From Dicyema japonicum (Eukaryota; Animalia; Dicyemida), in contig RDEW01000021.1 in the NCBI GenBank assembly GCA_011109175.1, positions 507,080-571,079 on the forward strand: a stretch of DNA of 64,000 nucleotides, in the 5' to 3' direction. The translations under genes were made by a program, and so were the position numbers. Of the stretch, positions 63,801-64,000 are shown piece by piece. The notes under the pieces are model-generated. The model had not been told where the DNA came from, ran no database searches, and saw only the letters and a list, made by a program, of their open reading frames with translations. Position 1 is the first letter of the stretch. Each line of letters starts with the position of its first letter.

Positions 63801-64000
63801 AAAAAGTTCAAGATCTCTACTTATCTGGACCACCAGAGCTAATGTGAAAGTAATGGATCTATAAGAGCGTCTTGAGCTGTGCGATTTTTGACAATGTCCA
63901 GTTTCCTTTCACGTTATGAAAATTGTGGATAATAATTTAATAGGAAAATGAACTCCGGAAATATATTCCAAGGGTTCCTTTTTCGGAACTGATCTGAATT

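Noticed and set aside
1-64000. Hammerhead ribozymes or retrozymes
   Set aside because: The CTGAnGA sites inspected by eye lacked a properly placed GAAA with flanking helices; the search was not exhaustive.

Overview
AT-rich (about 36% GC, estimated by eye) eukaryotic animal nuclear DNA. It holds 12 short host genes split by extremely small spliceosomal introns (mostly 19-28 nt): an M12B metalloprotease, RBM5/10, NMDA-receptor NR1-like, ZSWIM2, an anion-type nicotinic receptor subunit, Delta-like, Tousled-like kinase, FAM8A1-like, RPS3A, REC8, ODF3, ANKMY2, plus a 13th, ABI. The intron sizes and the spiralian-type nAChR suggest a dicyemid mesozoan (inference). The space between genes is filled with decayed, often nested mobile DNA: CRE/RLE, RTE-like and APE/RT LINEs (one with a 2A-like peptide), Tigger/pogo, hAT-like elements and several SINE families. 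Top candidates for novelty are (1) a diverged SINE family, about 10 copies, whose conserved, covarying core folds into an HDV-ribozyme-like nested pseudoknot and which mostly lies head-to-head with host genes; (2) roughly 5-fold enrichment of palindromic CACGTG, mainly in host genes; (3) a 713-nt RBM5/10 intron made of ~95-nt repeats carrying AG/GT-flanked microexon-like cassettes. Many single-base deletions in homopolymers break conserved genes and are probably assembly errors.
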